From Octopus vulgaris (Eukaryota), in contig OX597838.1 of the NCBI GenBank assembly GCA_951406725.2, positions 2,480,001 to 2,544,000 on the forward strand: a stretch of DNA of 64,000 nt, in the 5' to 3' direction. The notes beneath the pieces are model-generated. The model ran no database searches. It was not told where the DNA came from and worked only from the letters and a program-made list of their open reading frames with translations. The number at the start of each line of letters is the position of its first letter. The first letter of the stretch is position 1. This document shows positions 1-14,705 of the stretch, piece after piece. The translations under genes were made by a program, and so were the position numbers.

Positions 1-218
1 GGCCTATGATCAAGAATGCTCCAGCTGTGACCATCCCCTGTTTTTGTTATCTACAAATGGATTTAGTGAACTTTTAAAATGTAAGACTCTTAGATGTGAG
101 TGAGATTTGGCTGCTCTTTCTTTTCTAAATGTTCAATATATAGTGCTGCTCCTTCAGCAACCGGCCCCTTGCGGTTTTTAAAAGCGATTTTCGCATAGTA
201 ATATTAGAAATCAAAGAT

Positions 219-885
219 TAAGACGGCGAGCTGTCAGAATCGTTAGCACGCCGGACCAAATGCTTAGCGGTGTTTCGTCCGTCTTTACGTTCTGAGATCA
301 AATTCCCTTGGAGGTCGAATTTCCCTTTCATCATTTCGGGGTCGATAAATTAAGTAGCAGTTACGCACTGGGGTCGATATAATCGAATTAATCCGTTTGT
401 CTGTCCTTGTTTGTCATCTCTGTGTTGGGGGGGGGGGAGTAATAAAGAAATAGGTATTTCGTCTGCCGTTACGTTCTGAGATCAAACTACGCCGAGGTCG
501 ACTTTGCCTTTCATCCTTTCGGGGTCTATAAATTAAGTAGCAGTTACGCACTAGGTTCGATGTAATCGACTTAATCCCTCTGTCTGTCCTTGTTTGCCCC
601 CTCTATGTTTAGCCCCTTGTGGGCAATAAAGAAATAGGAATCGTTAGCGCGCCGGGTAAGATGCACATCAGCACTTCCTCCGTCTCAACGTTCTGATTTC
701 AAATTCCGCCAACGTCGACTTTGCCTTTTAAGGGTCGATAAGTCGTTGCTCTAAATACTGTAAAGGTCGAATGTTTGTCTTTCATCACTTCCATACAATA
801 ATTATCAGCGGAAAACTGGGGCCCATGTAATCGAGTTAACCCCACGGCCCGGGCTTGCTGACCCTGCTGCCAAAATTTGAAATCA
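219..885 (+). mobile_element. Tandem cluster of 3-4 full/partial copies of tRNA-derived SINE family A
   Basis: The head ggcgagctg.cagaatcgttagcacgccgg is A-box-like and gag.tcaaattc is B-box-like. The central gactttgcctttcatcctttcggggtcgataaattaagta.cag is repeated, and many other copies occur in the window. Confidence 0.85.
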
Positions 886-901
886 TTATTATTATTATTA
901 C

Positions 902-969
<68 letters not shown>

Positions 970-1062
970 TTGGCGGTGGTAGTAATGGTGGTGATAGTGG
1001 TGGTAGTGGTGGTGGTAGTGATTGTAGCAGCAGCAACACCAACAGTAGTAGTAGTAGTAGTT

Positions 1063-1112
<50 letters not shown>

Positions 1113-1140
1113 TGTAGTAGCAACAGTTGTAGTAGTAGTT
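884..1140. repeat. Compound (ATT)n/(AGT)n/(GGT)n microsatellite
   Basis: Visible directly. It generates the spurious poly-I/S/L/V/Y ORFs. Confidence 0.95.
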
Positions 1141-1586
1141 TCTGTACCGTTTGCTTTCTGTTCTCTTCCACTTCATTAACAAACACGTTTCTCTCCGTCT
1201 AACTTTGTCTCTCTCTGTGTATGCGTGTGCGCGCGCCTTGTTCTGCCTACGAACCTATGGATATGTACGCGTGTGGCTGCGCGTGTGTCTGTGCGTCCGT
1301 GGCTGTGTCCCATGTATGTGTACACGTCTCAATCTATGCCGTGTCGGTTTTCTTTATCGTATTGATTATAATCATACATTTTCATTTCGCCATGATCGCA
1401 AACACGGTCGTCATCGTCGTCCTCAACACCACCATCACCATTATCATCGGCCCATCATCATCATCATCATCATCATCATCATGCTTAACATCAGTGATGT
1501 AAATAGCATAGTTACCACCTTCTTCGACACCGTAACCATCGCCATAAATAACATCTATATCTCCAACATTACTCTTGTTGTTGTTT

Positions 1587-1625
<39 letters not shown>

Positions 1626-2110
1626 GTGCAGTTACTCTATTCGTTATTTTATATATATTGTGTTTGCAGCGAGGTGTGAGAGGATCTGTGTGTCAATGAA
1701 CTCCCGCTGAATACATTCTGGAAGAAATCAGTGATTTATTGGTGCACAGCAGATCGGGATAATTTCTATCGTCAGTCGATGCAGTCCGAAGCCAACGGAG
1801 ACTGAAGAAACGGTTCTCCATGCTTACGTTCAGCTTTTGAGCACTGCTGACGCGAGGACCTATAAAGGATGGGGATTAACGCTCGAAGGATGGGGGCCAG
1901 GTGGCAGAAAAGAGCCTTCTAAAAAGTAACGAAGTGCCCTACGTTAGTAAGCAGAAACATATAGATAGATAGACAGAGAGAGAGAAAGAGAGAGAGAGAG
2001 AGAGTGCGAGGGAGAGAGAGAGACGGGAGAGTGATACACAGTTAGAGAAGTGTAGCGAGAGAGAGGTAGATAGCTTGATAGAAAGAGAGAGAGAAAGGTC
2101 GATAGGTAAG

Positions 2111-2176
<66 letters not shown>

Positions 2177-2437
2177 CATACATACATACATACATACATA
2201 CATACATACATACATACATACATAGAAAATAAGTGACATGGAAGTAATGCCCGTAAGGAAATTGGATCATAAATGGGGGTAAATGGCAAAACAGCCTGGG
2301 GTGAGACGGGCAAGTTCCTGTTTTGACTGCTGTCGCGGAAGGGCGACAACCCAGAGTACAAAATATCTGATGTTTTAGGATTCACAGATCATCCACAAGT
2401 GGATAGAGTATACCTTGCGGGCATCTTCCCCTATGTG

Positions 2438-2531
<94 letters not shown>

Positions 2532-2550
2532 TGTGTGTGTGCGCGTGTGT

Positions 2551-2676
2551 GTGTAGTGCAAAAGTATTAAATAACACTAGAGTGGCGGGAGGCACAACCA
2601 TAAGGAAGGTATTAGGACGTGGATGGCAAGAGGGCTTTTGTGACCTGGCACATATATGTGAGAGATAGAGAGCACG

Positions 2677-2740
<64 letters not shown>

Positions 2741-3080
2741 GTAGTGCAAAAGTATTAAATAACACTAAAACGGGATTTTAAAAATCAACGTATATTATAT
2801 TTATTCTCAGGAAAAGTTGAAGGAAAAGACTTTTTATTTACGTTTGGGGCATTCGCTCTTCTGCAGAAGAAATAGTCAGGCTGGGAACAAGAGTGGAGAC
2901 AGACAGAAAAGGACAACCGTATCCCGATTAAATGGACACAGCATGCTGACGTGACCAGCGGTAGGAGGTCGCTAAATAAACGAGAGTGGCGGGAGGCACA
3001 ACCATAAGGAAGGTATTAGGACGTGGATGGCAAGAGGGCTTTTGTGACCTGGCACATATATGTGAGAGAGAGAGAGCACG

Positions 3081-3084
<4 letters not shown>
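2551..3084. repeat. Partial tandem duplication in (GT)n: A-B-(GT)n then A-C-B-(GT)n
   Basis: A = gtgtagtgcaaaagtattaaataacacta (2551, 2739). B = gagtggcgggaggcacaacc...cacgtcg (2580-2679, 2984-3083). Confidence 0.9.
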
Positions 3085-3130
<46 letters not shown>

Positions 3131-3564
3131 CTTAATGTGGTTTTTATCCTCTGTTGAGTCCTGCTTCACTTTCGTTTCCTGCATATTTATCCGACGCCGA
3201 TCTGTTCTGTAATCCTTTTCCTCTCAAAATGGTTTTGCGTTTAATATTGCTGTGACCTTGAGGCCGATAAAAATACTGTTCCTGCACCTACATTTACTTT
3301 ATTATTTTGATTACTATTTTGTTTTTCGCTCTTATCATCATCATCACCATCGTCATCAACATCATCATCATCATCATCATCATCATCATAATTACAATGA
3401 TCCTCATTAATATTCATATCGTTGCTGTTGGAGTTGTGGTTCCTGTTTTGGCAATTGTTATTAATATTATATTATTGTTGCTATTATCATTATCACAGAG
3501 AAATCATTACCATTATTATTATTATTGTTATTATTATTATTATTATTGGTAGTAGTAGTAGTAA

Positions 3565-3597
<33 letters not shown>

Positions 3598-3681
3598 CAG
3601 CAGCAGCAGCAGCAGCAGAAGTAGTGGTGGTAGTGTTATTTTGTTGCTAGTGTAATAGTAGCAGCAGCAATAATAATAATA

Positions 3682-3780
<99 letters not shown>

Positions 3781-3946
3781 CACTCAACCGTTTCATTGTC
3801 CTTTTCGTTGTCGTTATGATCGCTTTTGTTATCGCGGCTGGTCTTGTTGTTGCTATTGTTGCCGTCTCTGCTCGAGTTCTTGTTGTTGTTGTCGTCATTC
3901 TAATTGTTAATTTTATTATTAACGTTGTTGTTGTTGTTGCTGTTAT

Positions 3947-3981
<35 letters not shown>

Positions 3982-4075
3982 GTGAATTATTGAAATTTCT
4001 TTTGTGTGGTCGAGTTTTCTACAAGAACTCCCTATGGAAATCAAACCAGATGTAGGATGAGAGTTCACCAACGTT

Positions 4076-4112
<37 letters not shown>

Positions 4113-4202
4113 TGTTGTTGTTGTTATGGCTCTTCTTGCTACTGTTGCTCTCATTCTCATTGTTATTGTTGCTTTTGATGCTGCTGTTGTCGTTGCCCTT
4201 TT

Positions 4203-4276
<74 letters not shown>

Positions 4277-4353
4277 TATATATATATATATGTATATGTA
4301 GGTCTATATATTTATACGTAGGTAAATATATATTTATATATATACATACATAC

Positions 4354-4399
<46 letters not shown>

Positions 4400-4555
4400 C
4401 ATATATAAGATATATATATATAGTATATATATATATATATACTTCTATATATGTATATATGTATATCAACGTTCAATAACAGAACCATTCCGTTATTGAA
4501 CCTTGATATGTTCGCGTCTTTTTCTTGGGATGTCTAATATATGTATATATGTATG

Positions 4556-4621
<66 letters not shown>

Positions 4622-5160
4622 CACTCACACATACACACACACACCATATATATATATGCATATGTATGTATGTATGTATGTATGTATGTGTAAATAATTG
4701 GAGTGAGACTGTAAGATTACACTAATTCATTCTGATAAATGTGGCAAAAGTTGGTGCAGCTTGGGGAAGGTGCTGCGGATGTGCGGAGGAGCGGTGTCAA
4801 GTGTTATGACAGCTGAGGATGTGATGGTGGTGTATGTTCCGTATAATATACTAGTGTATAACACGAAATAACATGGCGTGTTGCTGTGTAATGGCAAGGT
4901 TGTTGCAGAATTCTGCGTAGTGCGGTGCTATTAGGTGAGGTGTAATTTTGTTGCTTGGCATGAAATAGTTTGGCATGGTACGGTGTTACATTATCGAAAG
5001 CGACACTTACTGAGTCAGGTCTACAGGAATATTGAGGGGGGTGTGGGTAGATTGTGGTACAGAGATGCGATGATGTTGGTGGTGTTGGAGTATAAAGATG
5101 TCCTACGGTGTTATATATATGCGTGAGTGTGTCTGCATTATAATATGCACATGATAAATG

Positions 5161-5198
<38 letters not shown>

Positions 5199-5699
5199 CA
5201 TGTTATCATATCTATGGTCTGAAAAAGAGTTATATATATATATATATGTATGTATATATTTGCGAATTTAGGCTACCATTGGTTTCATCTTTTACCTATC
5301 CGTGTGTGATCGGCTTGAAAATTTGCTAAGACCCTAGGATTTTTCCACACTTTTCTTAACATGAAACCACAAATAAATTCACAAATAAATAAATCATATC
5401 CCCCAATGCGGCATTGAGCACTCATTCTCATCGTTCATCATTTATGAGCTACAAACACTATTCTGCCATTGATGAGGAACTTTCTGCCACTGTTACACAT
5501 GTTTAACCTATCTCTCTTCGATGACGGAATATTCAGTATATGAAATCTTCGCGCGACAAGATTTTCGAACAGGTAGGGCATCCTAGGAACAGCTGCTGAT
5601 AGAGACTATCTAAACCTTTCTTGCTATTTCTGCAACTGACTTTTATCAACCACAGAAGAATGAAAGAATGAACTGACAGCAGAAAAAAGAAATAATCCT

Positions 5700-6010
5700 T
5701 TCTCACTATCGGCACAAGGCCTGAAGGTTTTCGGCAGGGACCACGTGATTATAAAGACCCTAGTATTTTACTGGTATTTATTTTATTGATCAGGAAATAA
5801 TGAAAGTTAAAGCCAACCTCGAGAGAATTTGAACTCAGAACATAATCTCGGAGAAAGTGTCTCTAAGCACTTTGTCCGGTATGCTACAATATTAGCAATA
5901 ATTAATTGATATATATACAGGAGAGGCGGCTAGTCATGTACATCGACCCCATTATTCAACTGGTATCTATTTTATCATCCCCGAAAGAATGAAAGGCAAA
6001 AATCAATCGC
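5700..6010 (-). mobile_element. Two decayed SINE family A copies
   Basis: The reverse-complement core reads atcgacccc..aactggta...ccccgaaagaatgaaaggcaaa, and gaatttgaactcagaac is present. Confidence 0.7.
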
Positions 6011-6344
6011 TTAGGAGTTTTACATCAAAACAACCGGAACAAAAAAAAAAACTAACGTTAATTAATTATGATACTAATGATTATTGTCAGGTGGCTCTTG
6101 AATGCTATTGGTAATTATGTAATCCTGCGCAACCTGTTGCATGTTAGGGTTGTCGGTGGTTAAACCGGTTACCCTAACAAGTCTGCGCAGAAGAAAAATT
6201 AGTTGTTTTCGGACAGAATTTTGAATTATTAAACACATCCTGCTTATCACTACAATTATAAGCATAACACCTTCTTCCCGGACAAATTTGTAATTCATGT
6301 GTGAGTATATATATGTGCATATATATATGTATGTGTGTGTGTGG

Positions 6345-6387
<43 letters not shown>

Positions 6388-6650
6388 CCTGTATCCATAC
6401 ATATACACACATTGCGTTCATCTTTTACTTGTTTCGGGCATCTGGCTGCGACCATGCTGGGGCACCGCCTTGAAGTGATTTTAGAGGAATGGCACCGACC
6501 CAAATATTTATCTTTTGACATCTGCTCTGTATTCAATTGATCTCTTTTGCCGGTAATTTATGGGGTTGTAAGTAATCCAACACTTGCTGTGAAGAAGAGG
6601 TAATGGGAGAAACAAACACCCCCCAACAAACACATTTATAGTTACATACA

Positions 6651-6738
<88 letters not shown>

Positions 6739-7434
6739 TATATGTAACGGGAAGCTTTATGAAAATAAACAAAAGACGAAAGCAGGTGGAATACAAACAA
6801 ACAATTGTATTAGTATGGCGCCCAGGAATATAAATAAAACAAGTCTTTTACGTTTCGAGCCTACGCTCTTCAAAAGAAAGGTATGTATGTATGTGTGTAT
6901 GTATGTATGTATGTATGTGTGTGTGTATATATATATATATTAATATATATAACTATTTATATATATATATATACATATATATATATCTTTGCCATTCATC
7001 CTTCAGCAGGTTTAAGGATGGTGAAACATTTCTTGGACGTTTTCATTCGAGACGTGATTCTCCTCAATGAATTCTGAACCCAACAGGTGGTCAGCTAATA
7101 CCACCCCATTTACGGTGACTTTCTCACTGTCTCTTCCTCTACTCCCAACACATATACCCCTACAATGTATAGACAGAAATACGCACAGAGATTGGCTTTC
7201 GTACTGGCAAGAATGGATAAACATTCCTCTGTGGTTCGTCCATCGACGCAGTGGCACCTGATGAAATGAATCAATGAATACGATCAACCGATGCCCACGG
7301 ATAATGCGGACTATACCGTAATCACCCCAATCATAAGGATTCTGTGGTTCGAAATCATGTGATTTGTGGAAACGTGCGTAGCGATGTATTAAATATTTTA
7401 AAGTTCCATCCTACAATTATTATTATTATCATTA

Positions 7435-7489
<55 letters not shown>

Positions 7490-7493
7490 ATAC

Positions 7494-7565
<72 letters not shown>

Positions 7566-8212
7566 CACTCATGTGCAAGTGTGCGTGTGTGTTTGTATAT
7601 AAACATATACACACACATATATATATATATATATTGTACATATATATATGTAATATTAATGACTTACATACACACTCTCACACACAGACACACACACACA
7701 CGCACACACACACACATATATATACATATATATATATATATACATATATGTATATATATGTATATGTATATACACCCAGAGACACGGCCGTCCGTTTGAT
7801 GGTCACGTCCTGGCTATTTCAGCCGCTGCGCACAGCGTTCCTTCACTTCATTCTCAATAACATACTGGACGCAATCCAAGCGGCTTCACACAGGGACAGC
7901 CAAACCTTTTAATCAAACGAATTAGTATGACTTGATTAAATTTTCACTAATGAAATGGTTTCTGGATGCCAGACGAGCAAGAAATTGATGCAATTAAAAT
8001 ATATTTGGAAGAAAATTCTCCAAGGTTTATTATCAAATATTGATACTGAACACCTTACCAAATTTGTGGCCGTTTCTTCCAATACACTCTGCCAAGTTTA
8101 ATAAGGAAATCCATTCCGAAATAACAGGGAAAACAGGGTGGGTGGGTGAGGGGGGACTGCGTTTTTTTAGTTCCTATTGTTGTCTGTTGTTCAATATTTC
8201 CTCCACACCTGC

Positions 8213-8259
<47 letters not shown>

Positions 8260-8349
8260 TATATATATATCATTTGTGTGTGTGTTTCTGTACGTGTGCG
8301 TGTGTGGTGTTTGTATGCTTATATAATATACACATATAGATAGATAGAC

Positions 8350-8457
<108 letters not shown>

Positions 8458-10756
8458 ATATCCATAGCGGTGTCTGCGTGTGTATGTATATATGTATATG
8501 CAAGTGTATATACTTATATTTATATGCAGGTATATATGCATACATTATACACACATACACACATATATATATATACATATAAATATAGATATATAATCTG
8601 TATATACAACTGAGTCCTATTATACAGGTAAATCGTTACGTAATTTAAATTTAAATCCTGTATACATGTGTGAGGCTACGTTGTATCGAAACGTGTGCAG
8701 TGGTCATCAAACAGCTGACCAATTGTGCTCCCTCTTCTTTCTTTTGACTCTATTTATTCTTTCCTTTTTACAATCTGTATGTATACATATTTAAATATAG
8801 ACCTAGGTATACATCTTCAATTATATCTTTATGTATATATATATGTGTGTGTATGTATATGTATATGTGTTTGTATGTATGTATGTATGTATGTATGTAT
8901 GTATGTATGTATGTATGTATGTATGTATGTGTGCATGCATGTACATCATTATTCAGTTTTATTTCAAGATTTCCTGCCAATAGTGAAAGAGACCGTTTCT
9001 AACCTAGATCCATGGCTCCTTCATTGGAATTTCAACAACATCGTGTGTTTCTTAAATGAAAAAAGGTTAAATAGAAATAGTTCACATCATGACGCTGATA
9101 TTTCTATTTGAAAATGATGGAGGGTTCGATAAAATCCTGGAAGTGAAACCTCTTATTAAAAGCTGGAAATAAGTGTGAACGAATCATAATTTTCGCTGCT
9201 TAAATCTTAAAGCAACTAGTCAACGGTAACAGTAGCAATTAACCGTACATGCTAGTTAATAAGTTACCGCTCGAACTTAATAGTAGCATTAATATTTGAA
9301 CTGATACTAAACTCTTTTCTTATCATATTGATTCTTAAATTAACTTTTTGGTGTTCATTAAATAAAACGTTGACACCAACAGAACTAACGCCTTCCAGAC
9401 CATTAGCTTCGAGGAGTAAAAGGAACTGCTTTTGTAATTCTTTAAAGCATACTAATATTTCAAACCTACACGTGTATGGTATTGTCCATTGACTTAGTAT
9501 TTCTCTCATCACTGCTTTAGTAAGGACAATGAAATTTCTGCTTCACTGATGAGGTATAACAATAATAAAACATGTTCACAATTCTCTCCCCCTCCCAAAC
9601 TCTCTGAAATACTTAACGTTTCATTAGTTACCGAACTTCTATTGTCTTCATTCGCATTTATCATAAGCTTTATACCATAGTATTGAACATTTGTAATAAG
9701 ATTTGTAACACAGTATTAAGTTTGTTAACACCAGCATCACTGTCCGATCGTTAAGCCTTTCTCAACTACGTTACCAAATCATCCGTAACAAACTCTACAA
9801 TTTCCCTGAAATTTAGGGTTTGTTACAGGCGAAGAAGTATTGATTAAACGCATTTCTCATTTCCAGCCTTGCGCTCTTCTCTGGCCGTTTATTACATTCG
9901 CGTTTCTATATTTGAAAGATTCACTGAATGTTATCGTTATTCTATTCTCGTTCTGTACTGAAATGGTGATTCTTCACCTAAAATTTACCTGATATTTAAT
10001 TAAATAAGTAAATAAACAAACAAATAAATAAGTGAGAATATTTCAGGTCAAATTTGTTTATTGAAAGGTCAACATTCAACTTTGCTTATGATATTTCTAT
10101 ATCAATTATTGATTTGTTTCTTTTGTTATTGTTGTTGGCGACGGTAGTGGAGGCGGTGTAGTGAGGTTGCTGCTGCTGCTGCTACCGCTGCTGCTGCTGC
10201 TGCTACCGCTGCTGCTGCTGCTACCGCTGCTGCTGCTGCTGCTGCTACCGCTGCTGCTGCTGCTGCTGCCGTTGCTACCATTGTCGCCACTGTCGTCACG
10301 CTTCCACTGCTGTTCTTGCCGCTTTTATTTTCTGCTGCCGCCGTTCATGTTTTCCATGTTGCATCAAATAAACCTTAGTCCAACAGACCTATAATGAAAA
10401 GCGCTCCATTCATGACATTTCAGTCTAGAATATCAAAACTTTACAACATTATTCAATCTGTCTTGCCTTCTTTGAGATAACTGAGTGTAATATGAGGCAT
10501 ATTTGGCTGCTATTTCTAACAGGTCAAGTCACCATATAGTCTCTCTTAGATGTTATTGTGGCAACTATTATTGTTATTGATGTTGTTGTTCTTTTGGTTA
10601 TTGCTGTCGCTTTTGTGTTTGTTGTCATTTTGTAGTTGTTCAACCACGGATCAGGCTTGAAGCTGTGGGACCTCGATCGAAATGGATTGAAATATGTGAT
10701 GAACTGAACCACAACAACAAGAGAAATTATTAAACTTTAATTGTAATAATTATAAT

Positions 10757-10965
10757 AAGGCGACAAGCTGGCAGAATCGTTAGCACTCCGGAAAAAATGC
10801 TTAATGGTATTTTGTCAGTCTGAGTTCAAATTCTGCCGAGGCCGACTTCACATTTCATCCTTTCGGAGTCCTTAAAATAAATACCAGTTGAACACTGGGG
10901 TCGGTGTAATTGACTTAGCCTCAACACCGATAACTGCTGGCCTTGTGCCAAAATTTGAAACCTAC
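10757..10965 (+). mobile_element. SINE family A copy
   Basis: aaggcgacaagctggcagaatcgttagcac...gagttcaaattctgccgagg...tttcatcctttcgg...ggccttgtgccaaaatttgaaa. Confidence 0.85.
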
Positions 10966-11798
10966 TGTCATAATAAATTAGCATTACTTAATTAGTCATC
11001 TGCAGTCACAGATCGATAATTACTATCAGTTGCTCAAGTGTTAATGTGTTATTGGTTGATTTACACATCAGAAGGTCGCAGTGAATTGGTGGCATTGGAA
11101 GAGGGTCGCTGAAACTTCTCACGGTTGTTACCTACGTCTTTGCATTTCGAGTTCAAATCCCAACTGGGGTAAATACCATTATTTATTTTTCCGAAATTGA
11201 TTTAAGAAATTACTAGCTGTTAAGAGTGGCCATCCCTTCTCTTAGACTTAGCGTACCTAGAATTATATAAAATACAAGTTGATCGCCCGAAACAATATAA
11301 TTGACTTACCTGGCCCCTAGAATTGCTGGCCCTGTAACAAAATTCGAAGATATTGCCTCTGTTTAATTATGGTCACGTGTGAAGAAATCACTCTGTTGCA
11401 TTTTTTTTTATTTTTCGGCTGCCAAGAAGCAAAACAGAAGAACAACGCTGTTATATTCATTAAACTTGTTCGGTGACCTCTCCGCCGAATTCAATATTAC
11501 TGGCATTAACCAACCCGGATTTCCAGGGATTCCGGATTCGAGCAGAATCTACATTATGGACATTGTAGGTAAACTGTGAACACCTACCAAAGATGGGAAC
11601 GTCAATGGCTTTATGGTAATTAATATCATTATACATAATAATTAACTGATTAAAATTAATTCTCTTCGTGATATATTCTGCTCAGGCATAATTGGCGTCC
11701 AAATCTAATAATACACACACAAAGATTAAATTATATTGAAGTCGATTCATGTATAAAAATAGACTAAATTTAATATTTTAGTAGTAGTGGTAGTAGTG

Positions 11799-11882
<84 letters not shown>

Positions 11883-12026
11883 ATAGCAGCAGTGAATGAG
11901 AGAGCAACACACGCCATCAGAGTGACGCTAGGGTACAAATATACGAAGCCCAGTATACTTATGATTAATTGTCTGATAAGGGTATACCAGCTACATATGT
12001 CACAACAATATACGTGTGACATGGTG

Positions 12027-12120
12027 ATCTCATATCAAGATAAACACCACATGGCCTTGTGTTTATCTCATATCAAGATAAACACCACATGGCCTTGTGT
12101 TTATCTCATATCAAGATAAA
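12027..12120. repeat. 38-bp tandem duplication (about 2.4 units)
   Basis: atctcatatcaagataaacaccacatggccttgtgttt is repeated. Confidence 0.9.
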
Positions 12121-12500
12121 GAGCAGATGCGCAGTTAGAATTTTTGTTCATTCGAGTAGCCCATTCCGCTCAAAAGGTCCTTGAATAAGGGTTGTTTAAG
12201 GATGTTGAATGAACCACCCATGTTTCCAAAGGTGAATTATTCAAACCCCAAAGAATCCCTCCCAACACATGGCTATGATGCTCCGCCACTACTTCTGCTC
12301 ATGATCAGAGATGCATATATCATCAGCCACTAAGGGACATGCTCAACTGGTTAAGGTCAAACAACTGACAAGCAAATCTGTGATATTGAGCAGAATATTT
12401 GCTGTAACCCACCTTTTACACTAAAACTAAACATGAGATCAGAAGCCATGAAAACCATTGCCTGGTATTTCACCATGGCATTTATTATTATTATTATAAC

Positions 12501-12569
<69 letters not shown>

Positions 12570-12615
12570 CATCATCATCATCATCATTATTATTGTTGCT
12601 GTTATTGTTATTGCT

Positions 12616-12647
<32 letters not shown>

Positions 12648-14034
12648 GACTACTACTACTACTGCTGCTGCTGGTACTACTACTACTGTTTTTAGTATAG
12701 GCCTTGACTCAAAATTTGAAGTTAGTATTATTGCAAAAGCATTACATGCTAATCTAGGTAGCAAGGATGTTGTTTTAAGGTTCGGTGACAACACATCTCC
12801 TCAAATCTCAGAAATATTTCTTTAGAATTCTCTTGAAGTACAGGATGGCACTTTTTTTGCAGGTCGACATTGCAAGTCTCGGTTTCCTGTATCTTTCGTC
12901 ATTTTAAGCAGCTGTTTGGATGCAATGTCAAATGCACCAATTGCAACGGGAATAATTGTCGTATTTGTGTTCCAAAGTCTCGTGGTATCTCCGAAAATAT
13001 CTTATATGTCAAACTGGTGGATTCCGGGTTTCCAAGATCAATTTCAGATCAATTGGCTCAAAATTTTCATGAATTACCGATTGAGTTACAAAACAACTGG
13101 AAATGAAAATTTTCCTTGTAAAAAGAATTAGAGACACGAACACATACATACATGCACACACACACACACGCACACATACACACACACATGCACAGACACA
13201 TATATATATAGAGAGAGAGAGAGAGAGAAGGAAAGAGAGAGAGAAAGAGGGAGAAAATTGCCTGAATATTGGTTATAATTTTCTAAATTAATAATTTAAT
13301 CTAATCTTAGTAGAATTATTAATAATTTTAAATAGTAAAAAAAAGCTAAACTTGAACAATATGCAGGAATTTGCACTGTTAAGAGTAGTTCTGTTCATTA
13401 GCTGTGACCCCTTCTGGAATCCCTGATAGTTTCAAGACGGCCGAACGTGCTCTGGTAACATCAATCATGCAACACATTATCCTAGGCTGTATCTCTCTCT
13501 GTCGACGTCTGTAAATCCCATTTGTAAATGCTCATATTCCACTGATTTGTTTTCTTTGCCGTTTATAAATGCATACATTTGATATTTAGTTTGGAATATT
13601 ATCAGCGCCGTAGCTCCCCAGCGTGTAATTGGCTAACGATGTTAAGTGTAAGACTACTGATAAATAAATATTGCTATTTTATTTAGCGTAAATACAATTG
13701 TTTAGCGCTATAAGGACATTCCGACATTCGAATGGCTGTAACATTTACTTCACAGGTCAGGCGGAGATTTTCGTTCTTGCGATGGTTCGGCAATGCCTGA
13801 AGAAATGGTTGGTGATTTTAGTTTATATAATATACTGATTGCGAATAAATTGCCATACAATTGAAATATTTGGTTAGTAAATTGTGTAGAACTATCATTA
13901 ACCACATGTCTTCGTTATTATATTCTTTGTATATTCTGTAAATTGTCTGTTTAGAAGTAAACAAAACAAAACCAAAAAGCAAATAGTCCGAAAAGTTTAT
14001 AAACTCCGTGGATACATTAATAATCCTTTCTACC

Positions 14035-14446
14035 ATAAGTACAAGTCCTGAAATTTTGCTGGAGAGGTTTGTGGAATACACCGACCCCAGTATCGAAAGG
14101 TAAGGTCGACCTCGGCGAAATTTGAACTCAGAACGTAAAGAGCTTGAAGATATACTTATTTCTTTACTACCCACAAGGGGCTAAACAAAGAGAGGACAAA
14201 CAAGGACAGACAAACGGATTAAGTCGATTATATCGACCCCAGTGCGTAACTGGTACTTATTTAATCGACCCCGAAAGGATGAAAAGCAAAGTCGACCTCG
14301 GCGGAATTTGAACTCAGAACGTAGCGGCAGACAAAATACTGCCAAGTATTTTCTCCGGCGTGCTAAGGCTTCTGCCAGCTTGCCGGACGAAATACTGCCA
14401 AGTATTTTCTCCGGCGTGCTAAGGCTTCTGCCATCTTGCCGCCTTC
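14035..14446 (-). mobile_element. SINE family A copies (partial + full, head with ~56-bp tandem duplication)
   Basis: This is the reverse complement of the 219-635 copies. gacRaaatactgccaagtattttctccggcgtgctaaggcttctgcca is duplicated at 14330 and 14386. Confidence 0.85.
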
Positions 14447-14499
14447 ATGAACATGCTTAAAATAAGGCTTTATTATTCATTACGTTTCTTTAAAGTTAT

Positions 14500-14705
14500 G
14501 AGCTGGCAGAATTCTTATACACGCCGGACAAAATGCTAAGAAGCATTTCGTCCGTCTTCACGTTCTGATTTCAAATTCCACCGAGGTCGGCCTTGCCTTT
14601 AGTCACTTCGGGTTTGATAAAATAATTATCAATCAAATACTAAGGTTCATGTTATCACTTAGCCCCACCCCCAAATTTCAGCCCTCGTACCTATAGTAGA
14701 ACGGA
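14500..14705 (+). mobile_element. SINE family A copy, head-to-head with the previous one
   Basis: gagctggcagaatt..cacgccggacaaaatgct...ttcaaattccaccgaggtcg. Confidence 0.8.

Noticed and set aside
1670-1945. Exon-like segment (tttgcag acceptor ... gtaagc donor)
   Set aside because: All three frames stop soon after the acceptor. EETVLHAYVQ instead hints at a decayed L1/Tx1-type LINE zinc-knuckle region, but this is too weak to annotate.
9541-9580. ctgatgag...aaaac as a hammerhead (also ~8665-8700)
   Set aside because: The GAAA or CUGANGA core is incomplete and the stems are unconvincing.
11379-11620. Unique-looking segment with a faint resemblance to a Reeler-type motif (FQGFRIRAE..IVG)
   Set aside because: It requires frameshifts and lacks convincing splice sites, so the resemblance is subjective.
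12870-13131. Cys-rich short ORF (CNVKCTNCNGNNCRIC)
   Set aside because: There is no recognisable family, no ATG start and no supporting exon structure.
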